Assembly: GCA_964016885.1 (NCBI GenBank) | Contig: OZ024740.1 | Coordinates: 333,684,001 to 333,748,000, forward strand | Reading direction: 5' to 3' | Source: Eledone cirrhosa | Taxonomy: Eukaryota | Length of the DNA: 64,000 nt | In this document: positions 1 to 12,479 of the stretch, in pieces | Layout: the number at the start of each line of letters is the position of its first letter | Numbering within the stretch: position 1 is the stretch's first letter | Position numbers and translations under genes: made by a program | Notes under the pieces: generated by a model | Seen by the model: the letters and a program-made list of their open reading frames with translations, nothing else | Database searches by the model: none | Told to the model about the DNA's origin: nothing

Positions 1-192
1 AGGCCCTTTTCAAATTCTCTTAACTCCCCATAACCCATCCCTTTTACAATTCAGACAACTAATATAAAAGAGCTCCCTTAGAATATAGACCCCAAATATA
101 CAAGCGGAGCTGCTGATATATACCACAATTTCAAACTGCTAGTCTTAAGTGATACGTTGATGTAAATAATGAACTTACAATCACATGTTATA

Positions 193-239
193 TGCCTTGA
201 AAAGTCCCGCCATATGGTCGGACGAAACGGCTGTCGGCA
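193..239 (+). ncRNA. Type I hammerhead ribozyme (U3:A8 core variant) at the 3' end of a PLE-type terminal repeat
   Basis: tgcc-TTGAAAA-gtcc[cgccatatggtc]ggac-GAAA-cggctg-TC^ggca. Stems I and II pair perfectly, predicted cleavage is after C235, AATAAA follows at 239-244, then a (TA)n tract. Confidence 0.75.
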
Positions 240-859
240 ATAAACTTGTTATAATGTTATAATAGTTCCTTTGTTCTTTTTCATTATATATATATATATA
301 AACGTTTGAATATGTGTAATAAGGCCAAGACAATGCAGGTATGGACATAGAAAAAAGAATGCAATAGTGAAAGATATTGATGTGAATTCGTCTTTCACCT
401 TGAATTTATTTAAATGTCCTTAATTTTCGAGATAATATCTCTTCTTCGGAGGGAAGTAAAGATCTCAAACCAGCGTCTTTAAATCTCTAGCCAAGCCATG
501 CTGACCGGAAATAGTATAGAGTATCTGTTCTAACTCTAATATCAAAGAATTAAAATTAGGTGGATAAAGAGTAGTCTCCCTTTAAGAGGGGTTTGTTTAG
601 GTTTTTTTTATTTTTTTTATTTTATTTTATATACGTGCCTGTATATGTGTGTGGGAGAATGCATGAAGGTGTAGGTATGTGGGTGTGTGTGTGTGAGTGT
701 GGGAAGATAGGTCTAATCGTAAAAGTGGGGGGTAGGTGTTATCTGGTGTTAGAACTGGTTTTGTGTGTGTATGTGTGAGAGAGAATAAGTGGAGGTGTAA
801 GCGTGTGTGTGTGCGCGTGCGTGTGTGTGGGGGGTGTAAAAATGGGGCTAGAGGCCCTA

Positions 860-2571
860 TCAGGTTATAAATTGGGTGTTGAGCTCTAGTCTATTATTGA
901 TTGGTGGATGTGTTCTATCTATAATAAGTGCTTCCTTAATTCTAAGATTGCCGAGGTTTCTTTCCTTAGTTTCTATTCTAACTGTTATGTTTTTATCGGT
1001 GTTTTTGCATTTAACTAGGTGTTTCTTAAATGAGGAAGCGTTAGTATTGCGGTGTTCTTTTATTCTTATGTGGAGTGGTCTGGTGGTGCTACCTACGTAG
1101 AAGTTGTTGCATTTGTCACACTCTAGTCTGTATACTACGTAAGCCTGGTGGCATAGGTCTGTGTCGTTGATAGGGCAGTTGGCTAGTCTGCAGCAGTTGT
1201 CATGTCTGGTGGAGTGTCTCTTAGCCAGCCGTCCGCGCAGAGAAGGACCCGAGTGGGCCAGCTGGATATCCAGTCCCTCTCGTCTGATGGCTCTGCGGAT
1301 GGCTGTTGTTGTTTCTTCACTGAAGTGTGAGAGCTTCAGGAATCAAGTGTTAGTGCCTCGGGTGTGGTGTCCTCTGTTCTTTCTGGCACGGTTTGTGGTG
1401 GATGTCGTGTATCCGTTCAGTTTGAGTACTTCCAGGAAATGTGTGGTGTGTGTGTCTCGGTCTCTGGCGTCGGTGCATTTGTTCTTGATACGTGCCAGTT
1501 CGTTCTTTATGTATCCGAACTTGGCACCGAGTGGGAGGGCCGATCTGAAATGTACGAACAGGTCCCTGCTGGCGGATTTTTTATAGAAGCAGGTGTGGAT
1601 GTTGCCTTCCTCTGTTACCCTGAGTTGGAAATCCAGTAGGGATAGGGATCTGCGGTCATCGGGGTGTTCCATGCTGAACTTTATACTGGCGTCCATGCTG
1701 GAGAATGTTGTGTATATTTTCTCTGCCTCCTCACGGGATGATGTAAGGATGAGTATGTCATCTACATATCGGGTGAAGAAGGCATGGGAATGGCAGGTGT
1801 TGAGGGTTCGGCATTCTAGCTGGTTCATGTAGGTGATGGCCAGCAGGCCCGAAAGGCTGGATCCCATGGGTAATCCTGTTGTCTGTCTGTATGTGTGGTG
1901 GTGGAAGGTGAAGTACGTGTTGTCTACTGTGAAGGACAAAAGCTGGTGTATGTCCGTCGGGTGGAGGCCGTAGCAGTGGATGTTCTCTGCGACCACGCAG
2001 TCCGTCAATAAATCGACAGCTGGGTGAGCGGGGACTGTAGTGTAGAGGGAGACAACGTCGAGGCTAAAAGCGTATTTATTAAGTTTAAGTTGTTCTGGCT
2101 GGAGTTGGTGTAATCTACGTATAACTTCGTCGGAGCTACTGAGATGTCCGGGGAAGGTGGAGAGTAGAGGCTTGAGGACCTGGGAGAGAAGCCAGGAAAT
2201 GTTGTATAGGGGTCCTTCTATGCTAGAGACGATGGGTCTTATTTGCGTCTTAGTGCTATTCTTGTGGGTCTTGATGAGGTGGTAGAAAGTGGGCAGTCTG
2301 CTATTTCTAGTGGTGTAGTTGAGTTTAATTTTATTCGGGAGTTGTCTTCTCCTACAGATATCGAACCAAATGGAATTGGTCTGTTTTTCGATTTGTGCTG
2401 CGGTCATGTCCGGGATCACTGTGTACAATTCACTGTCGCTTAGATGTTCGAAGGCTAGGTTATTGTATGTGGCTTGAGAGATGACGCAGAACTCTTTACC
2501 TTTGTCGGATGGTAAGTAAATAAGTTCCTTATTCCGTAGGTTCTTCAAGGCGAGTTGTTGTGTCCTGGAGA
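860..2571 (-). pseudogene. PLE reverse transcriptase + GIY-YIG endonuclease, inverted copy, one in-frame TGA
   Basis: RT motifs RPIVS, FSLDVVSLYT, GLPMGSSLS, RYVDD, LLD. TGA at 1343-1345 (TGC in the other copy). The frame continues to VVYRLECDKCNNFYVGSTTR...RIKEH...EALII and stops at 860-862. Confidence 0.9.
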
Positions 2572-4746
2572 AAATACGCCTAACGCAAAAATTTCTCAAA
2601 CTCAGGACGGCCAACTGTCTTAACTACATCCCAACGCTAAACACCAACAGAGGCGAACAATACGTTACCAACAGCGAACCTAGCGGCACCCCGACCAACA
2701 ACACACCTGACGCAAAACACCTCGTCACAGACTTGACAGGATCCCTCTCCCGAGAGGAATTAGACCTCCTCAGCATGGATCCCAAGTTCATATTGAAACA
2801 GAGACTGGACTACAGACTATGGCTCGACATAGAAACGAATTTCTGTCGGACTGCCTACCAACTGAAATGGATATCGACTCTCGACAACAACACCACGGAA
2901 TCCACCACACACAGATTCCCGATATACCAACTAGATCGCCCACTCTATCCACCGCCCGCCAACCGCGAGCTGGAAGAAAAACTCTCGAGACTAAAACATT
3001 CCGTATTTAACATCTTACGGAAACAGAAGAAGATGGCCCCTAACCTCTCCAGGACACAACAACTCGCCTTGAAGAACCTACGGAATAAGGAACTTATTTA
3101 CTTACCATCCGACAAAGGTAAAGAGTTCTGCGTCATCTCTCAAGCCACATACAATAACCTAGCCTTCGAACACCTAAGCGACAGTGAATTGTACACAGTG
3201 ATCCCGGACATGACCGCAGCACAAATCGAAAAACAGACCAATTCCATTTGGTTCGATATCTGTAGGAGAAGACAACTCCCGAATAAAATTAAACTCAACT
3301 ACACCACTAGAAATAGCAGACTGCCCACTTTCTACCACCTCATCAAGACCCACAAGAATAGCACTAAGACGCAAATAAGACCCATCGTCTCTAGCATAGA
3401 AGGACCCCTATACAACATTTCCTGGCTTCTCTCCCAGGTCCTCAAGCCTCTACTCTCCACCTTCCCCGGACATCTCAGTAGCTCCGACGAAGTTATACGT
3501 AGATTACACCAACTCCAGCCAGAACAACTTAAACTTAATAAATACGCTTTTAGCCTCGACGTTGTCTCCCTCTACACTACAGTCCCCGCTCACCCAGCTG
3601 TCGATTTATTGACGGACTGCGTGGTCGCAGAGAACATCCACTGCTACGGCCTCCACCCGACGGACATACACCAGCTTTTGTCCTTCACAGTAGACAACAC
3701 GTACTTCACCTTCCACCACCACACATACAGACAGACAACAGGGATCCAGCCTTTCGGGCCTGCTGGCCATCGCCTACATGAACCAACTAGAATGCCGAGC
3801 CCTCAACACCTGCCATTCCCATGCCTTCTTCACCCGATATGTAGATGACATACTCATCCTTACATCATCCCGTGAGGAGGCAGAGAAAATATACACAACA
3901 TTCTCCAGCATGGACGCCAGTATAAAGTTCAGCATGGAACACCCCGATGACCGCGGATCCCTATCCCTACTGGACTTCCAACTCAGGGTAACAGAGGAAG
4001 GCAACATCCACACCTGCTTCTATAAAAAATCCGCCAGCAGGCACCTGTTCGTACATTTCAGATCGGCCCTCCCACTCGGTGCCAAGTTCGGATACATAAA
4101 GAACGAACTGGCACGTATCAAGAACAAATGCACCGACGCCAGAGACCGAGACACACACACCACACATTTCCTGGAAGTACTCAAACTTAACGGATACACG
4201 ACATCCACCACAAACCGTGCCAGAAAGAAGAGAGGACACCACACTTGAGGCACTAACACTTGCTTCCTGAAGCTCCCACACTTCAGTGAAGAAACAACAA
4301 CAGCCATCCGCAGAGCCATCAGACGAGAGGGACTGGATATCCAGCTGGCCCACTCGGGTCCTTCTCTGCGCGGACGGCTGGCTAAGAGACACTCCACCAG
4401 ACATGACAACTGCTGCAGACTAGCCAACTGCCCCATCAACGACACAGACCTATGCCACCAGGCTTACGTAGTATACAGACTAGATTGTGACAAATGCAAC
4501 AACTTCTACGTAGGTAGCACCACCAGACCACTCCACATAAGAATAAAAGAACACCTCAATACTAACGCTTCCTCATTTAAGAAACACCTAGTTAAATGCA
4601 AAAACACCGATAAAAACATAACAGTTAGGATAGAAACTAAGGAAAGAAACCTCGGCAATCTTAGAATTAAGGAAGCACTTATTATAGATAGAACACATCC
4701 ACCAATCAATAATAGACTAGAGCTCAACACCCAATTTATAACCTGA
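2571..4746 (+). pseudogene. PLE reverse transcriptase + GIY-YIG endonuclease, frameshifted
   Basis: Same protein as the inverted copy with extra N-terminal sequence. An 11-nt deletion at ~3741 removes the GLPMG motif, CGA>TGA at 4246-4248, terminal TGA at 4744-4746. Confidence 0.9.
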
Positions 4747-5157
4747 TAGGGCCTCTAGCCCCATTTTTACACCCCCCACACACACGCACGCGCACACACA
4801 CACGCTTACACCTCCACTTATTCTCTCTCACACATACACACACAAAACCAGTTCTAACACCAGATAACACCTACCCCCCACTTTTACGATTAGACTTATC
4901 TTCCCAAACTCACACACACACACCGACATACCTACACCTTCATGCATTCTCCCACACACATATACAGGCACGTATATAAAATAAAAAAAATAAAAAAATA
5001 AAAAAAAACCTAAACAAACCCCTCTTAAAGGGAGACTACTCTTTATCCACCTAATTTTAATTCTTTGATATTAGAGTTAGAACAGATACTCTATACTATT
5101 TCCGGTCAGCATGGCTTGGCTAGAGATTTAAAGACGCTGGTTTGAGACCTTTACTTC

Positions 5158-5192
5158 CCTCCGAAGAAGAGATATTATCTCGAAAATTAAGG
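5158..5192 (+). ncRNA. Atypical minimal hammerhead-like motif (mirror copy at 418-452, minus strand)
   Basis: cct-CCGAAGA-a-gagata(t)tatctc-GAAA-at-TA^agg. U4C core, one extra A before stem II, only a 3-bp stem I. Lies in the PLE terminal repeat, where HHRs are expected. Confidence 0.45.
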
Positions 5193-5351
5193 ACATTTAA
5201 ATAAATTCAAGGTGAAAGACGAATTCACATCAATATCTTTCACTATTGCATTCTTTTTTCTATGTCCATACCTGCATTGTCTTGGCCTTATTACACATAT
5301 TCAAACGTTTATACCTCATTACACAATGCTTCAAGTGAACTATAACCTCCT

Positions 5352-5395
<44 letters not shown>

Positions 5396-5402
<7 letters not shown>

Positions 5403-6533
5403 TGAAATTGTCTGTGTGTGTGTGTGTCCTCATTTTTGCAAAGTCTATACAAATCGACAACATTTCTACTCCGATTGACTTCAAACTTGCATTTATATAT
5501 TCCTTGCGGTCTAAAGATATAAACTACAGCTTTTATTATTTTAATTTTATGTTTTTAAAGGGGTGTTAGGCGCCGGTTATCGATCACCGTCGTGCCCCTA
5601 TAATATCTGTCTGTACGTCTGGCTGTCTGTATTACGACATTATGACAAACATTGATGACGTATTATCTTCGCTATTTTCCGTTCATTGCCAGGGAACGCC
5701 TTCACGAACCAAAGTATCGTCTTCCTGTTTTCCTTCGGTTGCGACGTTTTTCGAAATATTTAGTATTGCGTCCTCATATTGATTTTTTTTTAGTTTCAGA
5801 GGATCCCGTTAAGGATGAAAGCAGCGATTCTTAGCTTAAATTTTAATCTGTTATTTTAATATATAATATAAGCGAGGCAAGCCAGCGCAGGTTAACAATT
5901 ACACTTGAGAATACGTTTCCGACGGTGGGCTTTCATATTTTTTGCAATACTTCCTGAGACATAATCACTTACCCCCCGTTGCACATATTATTATTGGTGT
6001 CTGTACGAAGCCATATGCCCCATTACGTACATAGATAGAAATAGTGGATCTTTTTAAAAAATCACCGCCAAAATATCCCCACACCTATGATAAAATACGT
6101 ACGCTGACGTTAAGCGGACATTTCTTTTTTTCTTTACCAATTACCAACCAAGAATAAATGCACCGAGTGGAAAAAAGTGCGAATGAACTTTTGAGGTAAG
6201 TAGCCTACGCCTTACTACTATGACACTGGAAACTTCTGCCAATTTAACCTGTGACTTTTTTTCACATTTACTCCAATCGGCCAAAACGGAGTGGAAACAC
6301 CGGGGGACAACTGTCACAGACGGAGTATGAAAAGAAGGGGCTCAACAATATTTCTATGAACAATGCATGTAGACAGATATATTGTACTTTCAACTTCTTA
6401 TTTTTCTCGAAATAAAACAACTTTCCTGTCGGTATATTTTCGTATGTTTTTAACAGGCACTTACAAATAAACGTTTCTCATTGGAGTGCTATTACCAATG
6501 TTCTTACCGGTGCAACACCGGGATACACTGCTA

Positions 6534-6534
<1 letters not shown>
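5396..6534 (+). mobile_element. Non-autonomous Helitron
   Basis: 3' hairpin ccggtg-caa-caccgg (6507-6521) followed by CTAG|T (6531-6534). The 5' end tatataaaagtgaaattgtctgtgtg is Helitron-like. Related copies at 17049-18850 and 33796-34215. Confidence 0.7.
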
Positions 6535-6566
<32 letters not shown>

Positions 6567-6571
<5 letters not shown>

Positions 6572-7230
6572 CAGGATACTATTTATGGTTATGTATATTT
6601 TAAACTTTTTATAGTTATGTATATTTTAAACCTTAAACAGCGAAGGTCAGTGATTTATTACTACCTTAATACCAGTAAGACGAATAGCTCAATGTAATAA
6701 CATCAGTTGTTCTACAGAGCAGTTACAGTTATATAGAATTCACAAGAATCAAAGCTATGTTCAAAGCATTTATTCACTTACACATGTTTCATCCAAACCT
6801 AGGCTTGGTGTCTTCGGAGCCTTTTTCAATGTTTGTATATATAATTGACCTCCTATGCAACGCAAGATAATACAGATACATATATATATATATTGATGTA
6901 CAATGGAGTGACATATATTATACTATACTATCTTTGTACAGCAATTCAAATTTAAAATCAAAATCAAAATCAAAATTAAAATACATTCGGCAGATAACAC
7001 AGATAATGCAAGAGGATAGTTTTATACTCAGATCTAGTAGGTAGTGTATGCGTTAGTTACACATGGAGCATGTAAGTGTGTAACTAACCCATGTGTCTCT
7101 TGCGTTGGATAGGAGGTCAATTATATGTACAAACATTGAAAAAGGCTCCGAAGATACCAAGCCTAGGTTTGGATGAAACAATTGTAAGTGAATATATGCT
7201 TTGAACATAGCTTTGATTCTTGTGAATTCT
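6567..7230. mobile_element. Small fold-back element, probably PLE terminal-repeat derived
   Basis: ~133-bp inverted repeats (6735-6867 / 7098-7230) with a one-sided tail. The arms contain an HHR-like motif gct-CCGAAGA...GAAA-caattg-TA^agt (7145-7189). Confidence 0.6.
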
Positions 7231-8147
7231 CTCTCTCTCTCTATATATATATATAGAGAGAGAGAGGGGGAGAGTGATCGTGTGCGAGAGGAAAGTGTGT
7301 ATGTGTGTGTGTAGTAGGGCACATTTTCATGTTACAGTGAGACAGAGTTCTAGAGAAATTGGTATTGGTCTAAATAAAAGTGACCCAAACAAAGACATTT
7401 GGTAATTAAAAAAAGTGTGTACACAGATGTAATGTGCTAATATTACTTATTTTATATATTTTACATGAATGATAAGATTATGACTGCACGTATACTTTGA
7501 GAGAATTATTGTTTGGTTACGACCCAAGAATATAAAAAAGCCTTGTAGTGATTTTCAGAGTACAGCGTATAAGTTGTATTTCACTACAATCATCTAAGTG
7601 ACAGCATTACTCAAACAGTTGATTTCTAACGCTCGCCAAGTGTCAAAACCATCACCATTGCAAGGCAAATCTTATATAGTAATCAATTTGCATATATCTG
7701 CAGTATCTATTGGCGTGTGTAAGTTATTTGATATTCTACATTGCAAAATAAGCAATCATACAGACTGACACTCAGACACATATACAAATATACCTGTATG
7801 CATATATACACACATGCATGCATGCAATCATACATACATAGATATACCTACATATGCACAAACACGTACGCGCATAGACACACACACATATATATAGATA
7901 TCCAGTAATTTGTGTAGTAATAAATACAAATACCAATAATGAATATATCGACATATTCAATATTAGAAAAAAAACAGTGATGTCATTTATTATCAGAACA
8001 GATTAAAAGATTCACAAATATTTCCTGGTTACATGGTAATATGTTTATATACAAAAGTCCAGGTAAAAAGATGAACGTAGTAATTCTTTGCTTTACTGTT
8101 TAGTGTGTTAAATATATATATATATATTTGTGCGTATATATATACGT

Positions 8148-8267
8148 ATGTTGATGCCCTAAGGGCAGACGCTGATCTGTTGGAGATGCAGGACATGGCA
8201 GCGATAATGAGGGACAGAGACCGCTGGAGAGAACTCGTCCATGGATCTCGAGAATTTTACCCGCCTT

Positions 8268-8270
<3 letters not shown>
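8148..8270 (+). mobile_element. Probable RTE-type LINE 3' fragment
   Basis: Encodes ...[16 protein letters not shown], resembling the 'DR..WR..V' C-terminus of RTE ORFs. Lies between TA tracts. Confidence 0.4.
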
Positions 8271-8338
<68 letters not shown>

Positions 8339-8350
8339 TGTATATATATT

Positions 8351-8405
<55 letters not shown>

Positions 8406-8408
<3 letters not shown>

Positions 8409-9799
8409 GTCAACAACGACACTATTATTGTGTCTTTCGATGTAGTGAATCTCTACACAACGATCCCACACCAATACGGACTAGAAGCAATAGGATTCTG
8501 GCTAGAGAAATATCCCAATGAGATACCTGACAGAATAGGAAAAAAAAAGCTTCATCACCGAGGGATTAAAATTCATCTTACAGAACAACTTTTTTGATTT
8601 CGATGGCAATACTTACAAGCAAATATCGGGGACTGCGATGGGTACAAAAGCCGCTCCAACTTATGCCAACTTAGTCATGGCATACTTAGAAGTCCAGATA
8701 TATGAACAGTCCAAATCAAAATACGGATTGAACTTCCACAAATATTTATCAGTGAATTGGAAACGCTACTTGGATGATTGCCTAATTCTTTGGTCCCACA
8801 CACTCGACCAACTGAAGGATTTCAAAAACTTAATAAACGGCATCAATAACCACATCCAATTCACAATGGAATACAGCCAAGATCAACTCCCATTTCTGGA
8901 CATCTTAATCTTAAAAAAAGACACAGATATCGAAACTGACATACACTACAAACCAACAGATTCCAAACAATATCCGCTATTCACCTCCAACCATCCAAAG
9001 CACACGAAGACGAACATTCCTTTTAACCTAGCAAGAAAATTTGCACAATTGTCTCCAATTATGAAACGCGAAATAACAGACTTCAAGAATTAAAGGAAAT
9101 TCTACCCGAGAGAGAGAGTACCCACTATTACTAATAAATAATGTAATAGAAAGGGCTAAAGCAATAGGCATTGATGAATTACGGAAACAGAAACAAATTC
9201 AAGGTACGTCCAATATTCTATCATATATCTCAACACACAACCTAAGAAATGCGGAAGCTTACAACACTATTCACAAGAACATCCCACTACTAAAACAAAA
9301 CCCAAGATTGAAAAAAGCCCTTGAAACACACAAAATAATCAAAAGCAAAAGACAACTGAAATCACTGAAAACATTACTCACCAATGCCAAATTACCTACC
9401 ACAAACCCACAACCAAGTATCAAAAAATGTGGTCGCTCTAATTGTGGAACATGCACTCACCTCATTGAAGGCAACACGTATACATTTAAATCAGGACAAA
9501 CTTTTACTGCAAAAAATCACTTCACTTGCTCATCAAAAAATCTAGTTTATGCCATTAAATGTAAAGGATGCAATGAAGATTATATAGGACAAACTAAACT
9601 CACACTCAGAAACAGAATGACAGTTCATCGCCAACAATTACGAGATCCAACCACGAGACAGATACCACTAAGTGCATATCTAGACATTTGCGCAAGTAAT
9701 AAGACACCCAAATTCCAAGTCTTCCCATTTTACCTTTGCGCTAACAATACAACAGAACAAATACGAATAAATAAGGAAAATATGTTTATTCAAAAATAA
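8406..9799 (+). pseudogene. PLE RT + GIY-YIG, 5'-truncated and frameshifted (second family)
   Basis: [40 protein letters not shown], a Cys linker KCGRSNCGTC, and LVYAIKCKGCNEDYIGQT. Confidence 0.9.
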
Positions 9800-10013
9800 A
9801 ATATAGACCAGCATTAAATAAGGTTTAATATACATTATGTCAACACCATAATATGATATACACACAAACACATAACACCTTCTACTTTAGAAAATAAAAA
9901 CCCGAACTAAATAAACCTTAACATACGTTTGCACTGACAATACAACAGAACAAATACGAATAAGTAAGGAAAATATGTTCATTCAAAAATATTCCTACTA
10001 AAGGAATCATTTT

Positions 10014-10065
<52 letters not shown>

Positions 10066-10204
10066 ATATATATATATATGTATTCTCTTCATCTTAACAT
10101 GCTAACCATACTCCCACACATATAACACCCATACACACACATAACACCCATATACACACACACACAACTCCCTGCCCCATTTCTACTAATCATCTTCCAA
10201 TACA

Positions 10205-10850
10205 CACACACACACACACACAAGCACACAAATAAACATACATATCTTTACTTCAATAGCAAATCTGAACTCTGACACCCCAGCGAACTAACCATATTCA
10301 CTGTACGAGAACAATTCTCCCAATCCCATTTCTCTTGACCACTATCTTTCCCTTGTCATAACATTCTCTATAAAGGCTACAGAATAGATTTCCAAATAAG
10401 GGCGCAAAAATGTAATGAAAACTTGTTCACGTGACAGCCAAATTTCATTTATAACCAATCACATGACGTTTATTAAAAAAAAGCCTTCGTGAGCCACCTT
10501 TTTTTAAAGTAAAGAAATTGAAACACACACACAACACACGCACACACACACGCAAATAAACATACATATCTTTACATTCTTTATTCAATAGAAAATCTGA
10601 ATTCTGACACCCCAGCGAACTAACCATATTCACTGAACCAGAACAATTCTCCCATCCCTTTCTCTTGACCATTATCTTTCACTTATCATAAAATTCTCTA
10701 AAAAGGCTACAGAATGGATTTCCAAATAAGGGCACGAAAATTTAATGAAAACTTGTTCACGTGACAGCCATAATTTCATTTATAACCAACCAAAAAAAAG
10801 CCTTCGTGAGCCCCTTTTTTCAAGTAAAAAGAAATTCAAACACTCATATA
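10205..10850 (+). repeat. ~330-bp tandem duplication in the PLE 3' region
   Basis: aatctgaa(c/t)tctgacaccccagcgaactaacc...gtgacagcca recurs at ~10263 and ~10594. A second ~60-bp duplication pairs 9735-9797 with 9927-9990. Confidence 0.8.
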
Positions 10851-11057
10851 TGAAAAAACAACCTGTGACAACCCCCCCTCTTATTCGAAGAACTATTGTA
10901 ACGCGAACTGGCGCGAAATTTATTATAATTATTGACAAACCAATCAAATTAATTCTCGAAAAACCTGGCATTTCGAGCCACTTTTTCCATATAAAACAAG
11001 TAACATTCAGAGACCAACCAGATGTGAGAAAAAGCACAGACCCTCCATCTCAACTCA

Positions 11058-11095
11058 CCTTTTGAAAAGCAGAAGTACTGCGAAACCGGTAAAGG
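11058..11095 (+). ncRNA. Minimal type I hammerhead ribozyme (U3:A8) ending the second PLE
   Basis: cctt-TTGAAAA-gcag(aagta)ctgc-GAAA-ccgg-TA^aagg, palindromic stem III accggt, AATAAA at 11101. Confidence 0.8.
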
Positions 11096-11231
11096 AACCA
11101 AATAAATATATATATTTTTTAAAAAAATAAGACTTCAGTTGCATTTTCGATTTCATCTCTTTTTCTTTATACTTTCACTCGTCTCGTGTAGGACACCTTG
11201 GTTATTTTTCATTTTGTAAAAAAAACCGCAC

Positions 11232-11320
<89 letters not shown>

Positions 11321-11409
11321 CATATATATATATATATACTTATGCATATATGTATGTATATATATAGTATATATATGAATATGTACATATATACACATAT
11401 ATATATATG

Positions 11410-11488
<79 letters not shown>

Positions 11489-11786
11489 TTCAAGAGTAAC
11501 CAATCTTAGAGAGGGAGATGGAGATAGGAGAGGAGAGATTGGTGAATTAGTTAGAAGCCAAAGCGTAAAGGCATCTGTTAAATGTACAATATGCAGTAGA
11601 AAGAAGCTAGGTGACTGGCTTCATGCAGAAGTTAGGTGCACAGAGCTGGAAATATTCATTAGTTAAGAAAAACAAGACCACAAATATCACAAGGAAGACA
11701 TTATTGAAAGATTGTCAACATATTTTACTTTGATGTAAGGAATGTAGAGAATAATAATAATAATAATAATAATAATATTAATAATA

Positions 11787-11900
11787 ATTGTTTCTACTTT
11801 AGGCACAAGGCCAACAATTACCCAGTGCATTACTGGTACTTCATTTTATCGACCCTGTAAGGATGAAAGGCAAAGTCAACCTCGGCGGGATTTGAACTCA
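11787..11900 (-). mobile_element. Truncated tRNA-derived SINE inserted in the (AAT)n of the left PLE repeat
   Basis: Matches the 3' part of the SINE at 33519-33706 and is absent from the right repeat copy. Confidence 0.8.
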
Positions 11901-12479
11901 ATATTAATAATAATAATGTCCGTTTACAATTGTTTCGCTACTCTATATGATCTTTCTGGATCAGATGACTATATATCATAAGTGATCTTGTTCAGTTGAA
12001 AATAATTAACCTATGTGAAAGACAGAGCGATTCATCGGAACTTCAAAGGAATATAAATTAAAATAATGAGAGAATGTTACATAATATAATGTTCCATATA
12101 TTGGTTTTCACTATGGTGTCTTGCTTGCATCAGTTTTCACCCATAATCAAGCAGTATTCATCTATCGAGGCTCGATTGTGTAAGATCTTCCTATGGGTAA
12201 CAAGATGGTTGCCAAAGGACATATTTACCTTACTAATTAGAGGGTGGTTTCAGGGAAGTAACTCCTCGAGAGATTAGAAATTGTGGGTATTTATACTTAT
12301 GTGCTAATTTTTAAATGTTTTAATTGAGAGACAATGTAGGGGAGGTAACTCATAATTATCTAAGTTGTTCATAGCTATTTAACTAATTAGCTACAAGTAA
12401 AAATGGGGCTAGATGACTAAGTTGGGTCAAATATTCTATTGGCGAAGGAATTAGCCCTTCGATGTTGACAGCTAATAGT

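Larger units (their letters stand above)
299..5353. mobile_element. Penelope-like retroelement (5'-truncated) with a ~2.27-kb inverted duplication, inserted in (TA)n
   Basis: 299-2571 is the reverse complement of ~3046-5312. The spacer 2572-3045 is element ORF. Only the right copy has a ~40-bp tail (5313-5353). TA microsatellites flank both ends. Confidence 0.92.

Noticed and set aside
1343-1345. In-frame TGA at a Cys position as selenocysteine, as in Naiad PLE selenoproteins
   Set aside because: The sister arm has TGC here and its own different stop. The domain order is RT then GIY-YIG, unlike Naiad, and I identified no SECIS. Most likely a point mutation.
876-1832. Plus-strand ORFs of 74-141 aa mirrored at 3774-4730
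   Set aside because: Antisense shadows of the PLE ORF, duplicated by the inversion.
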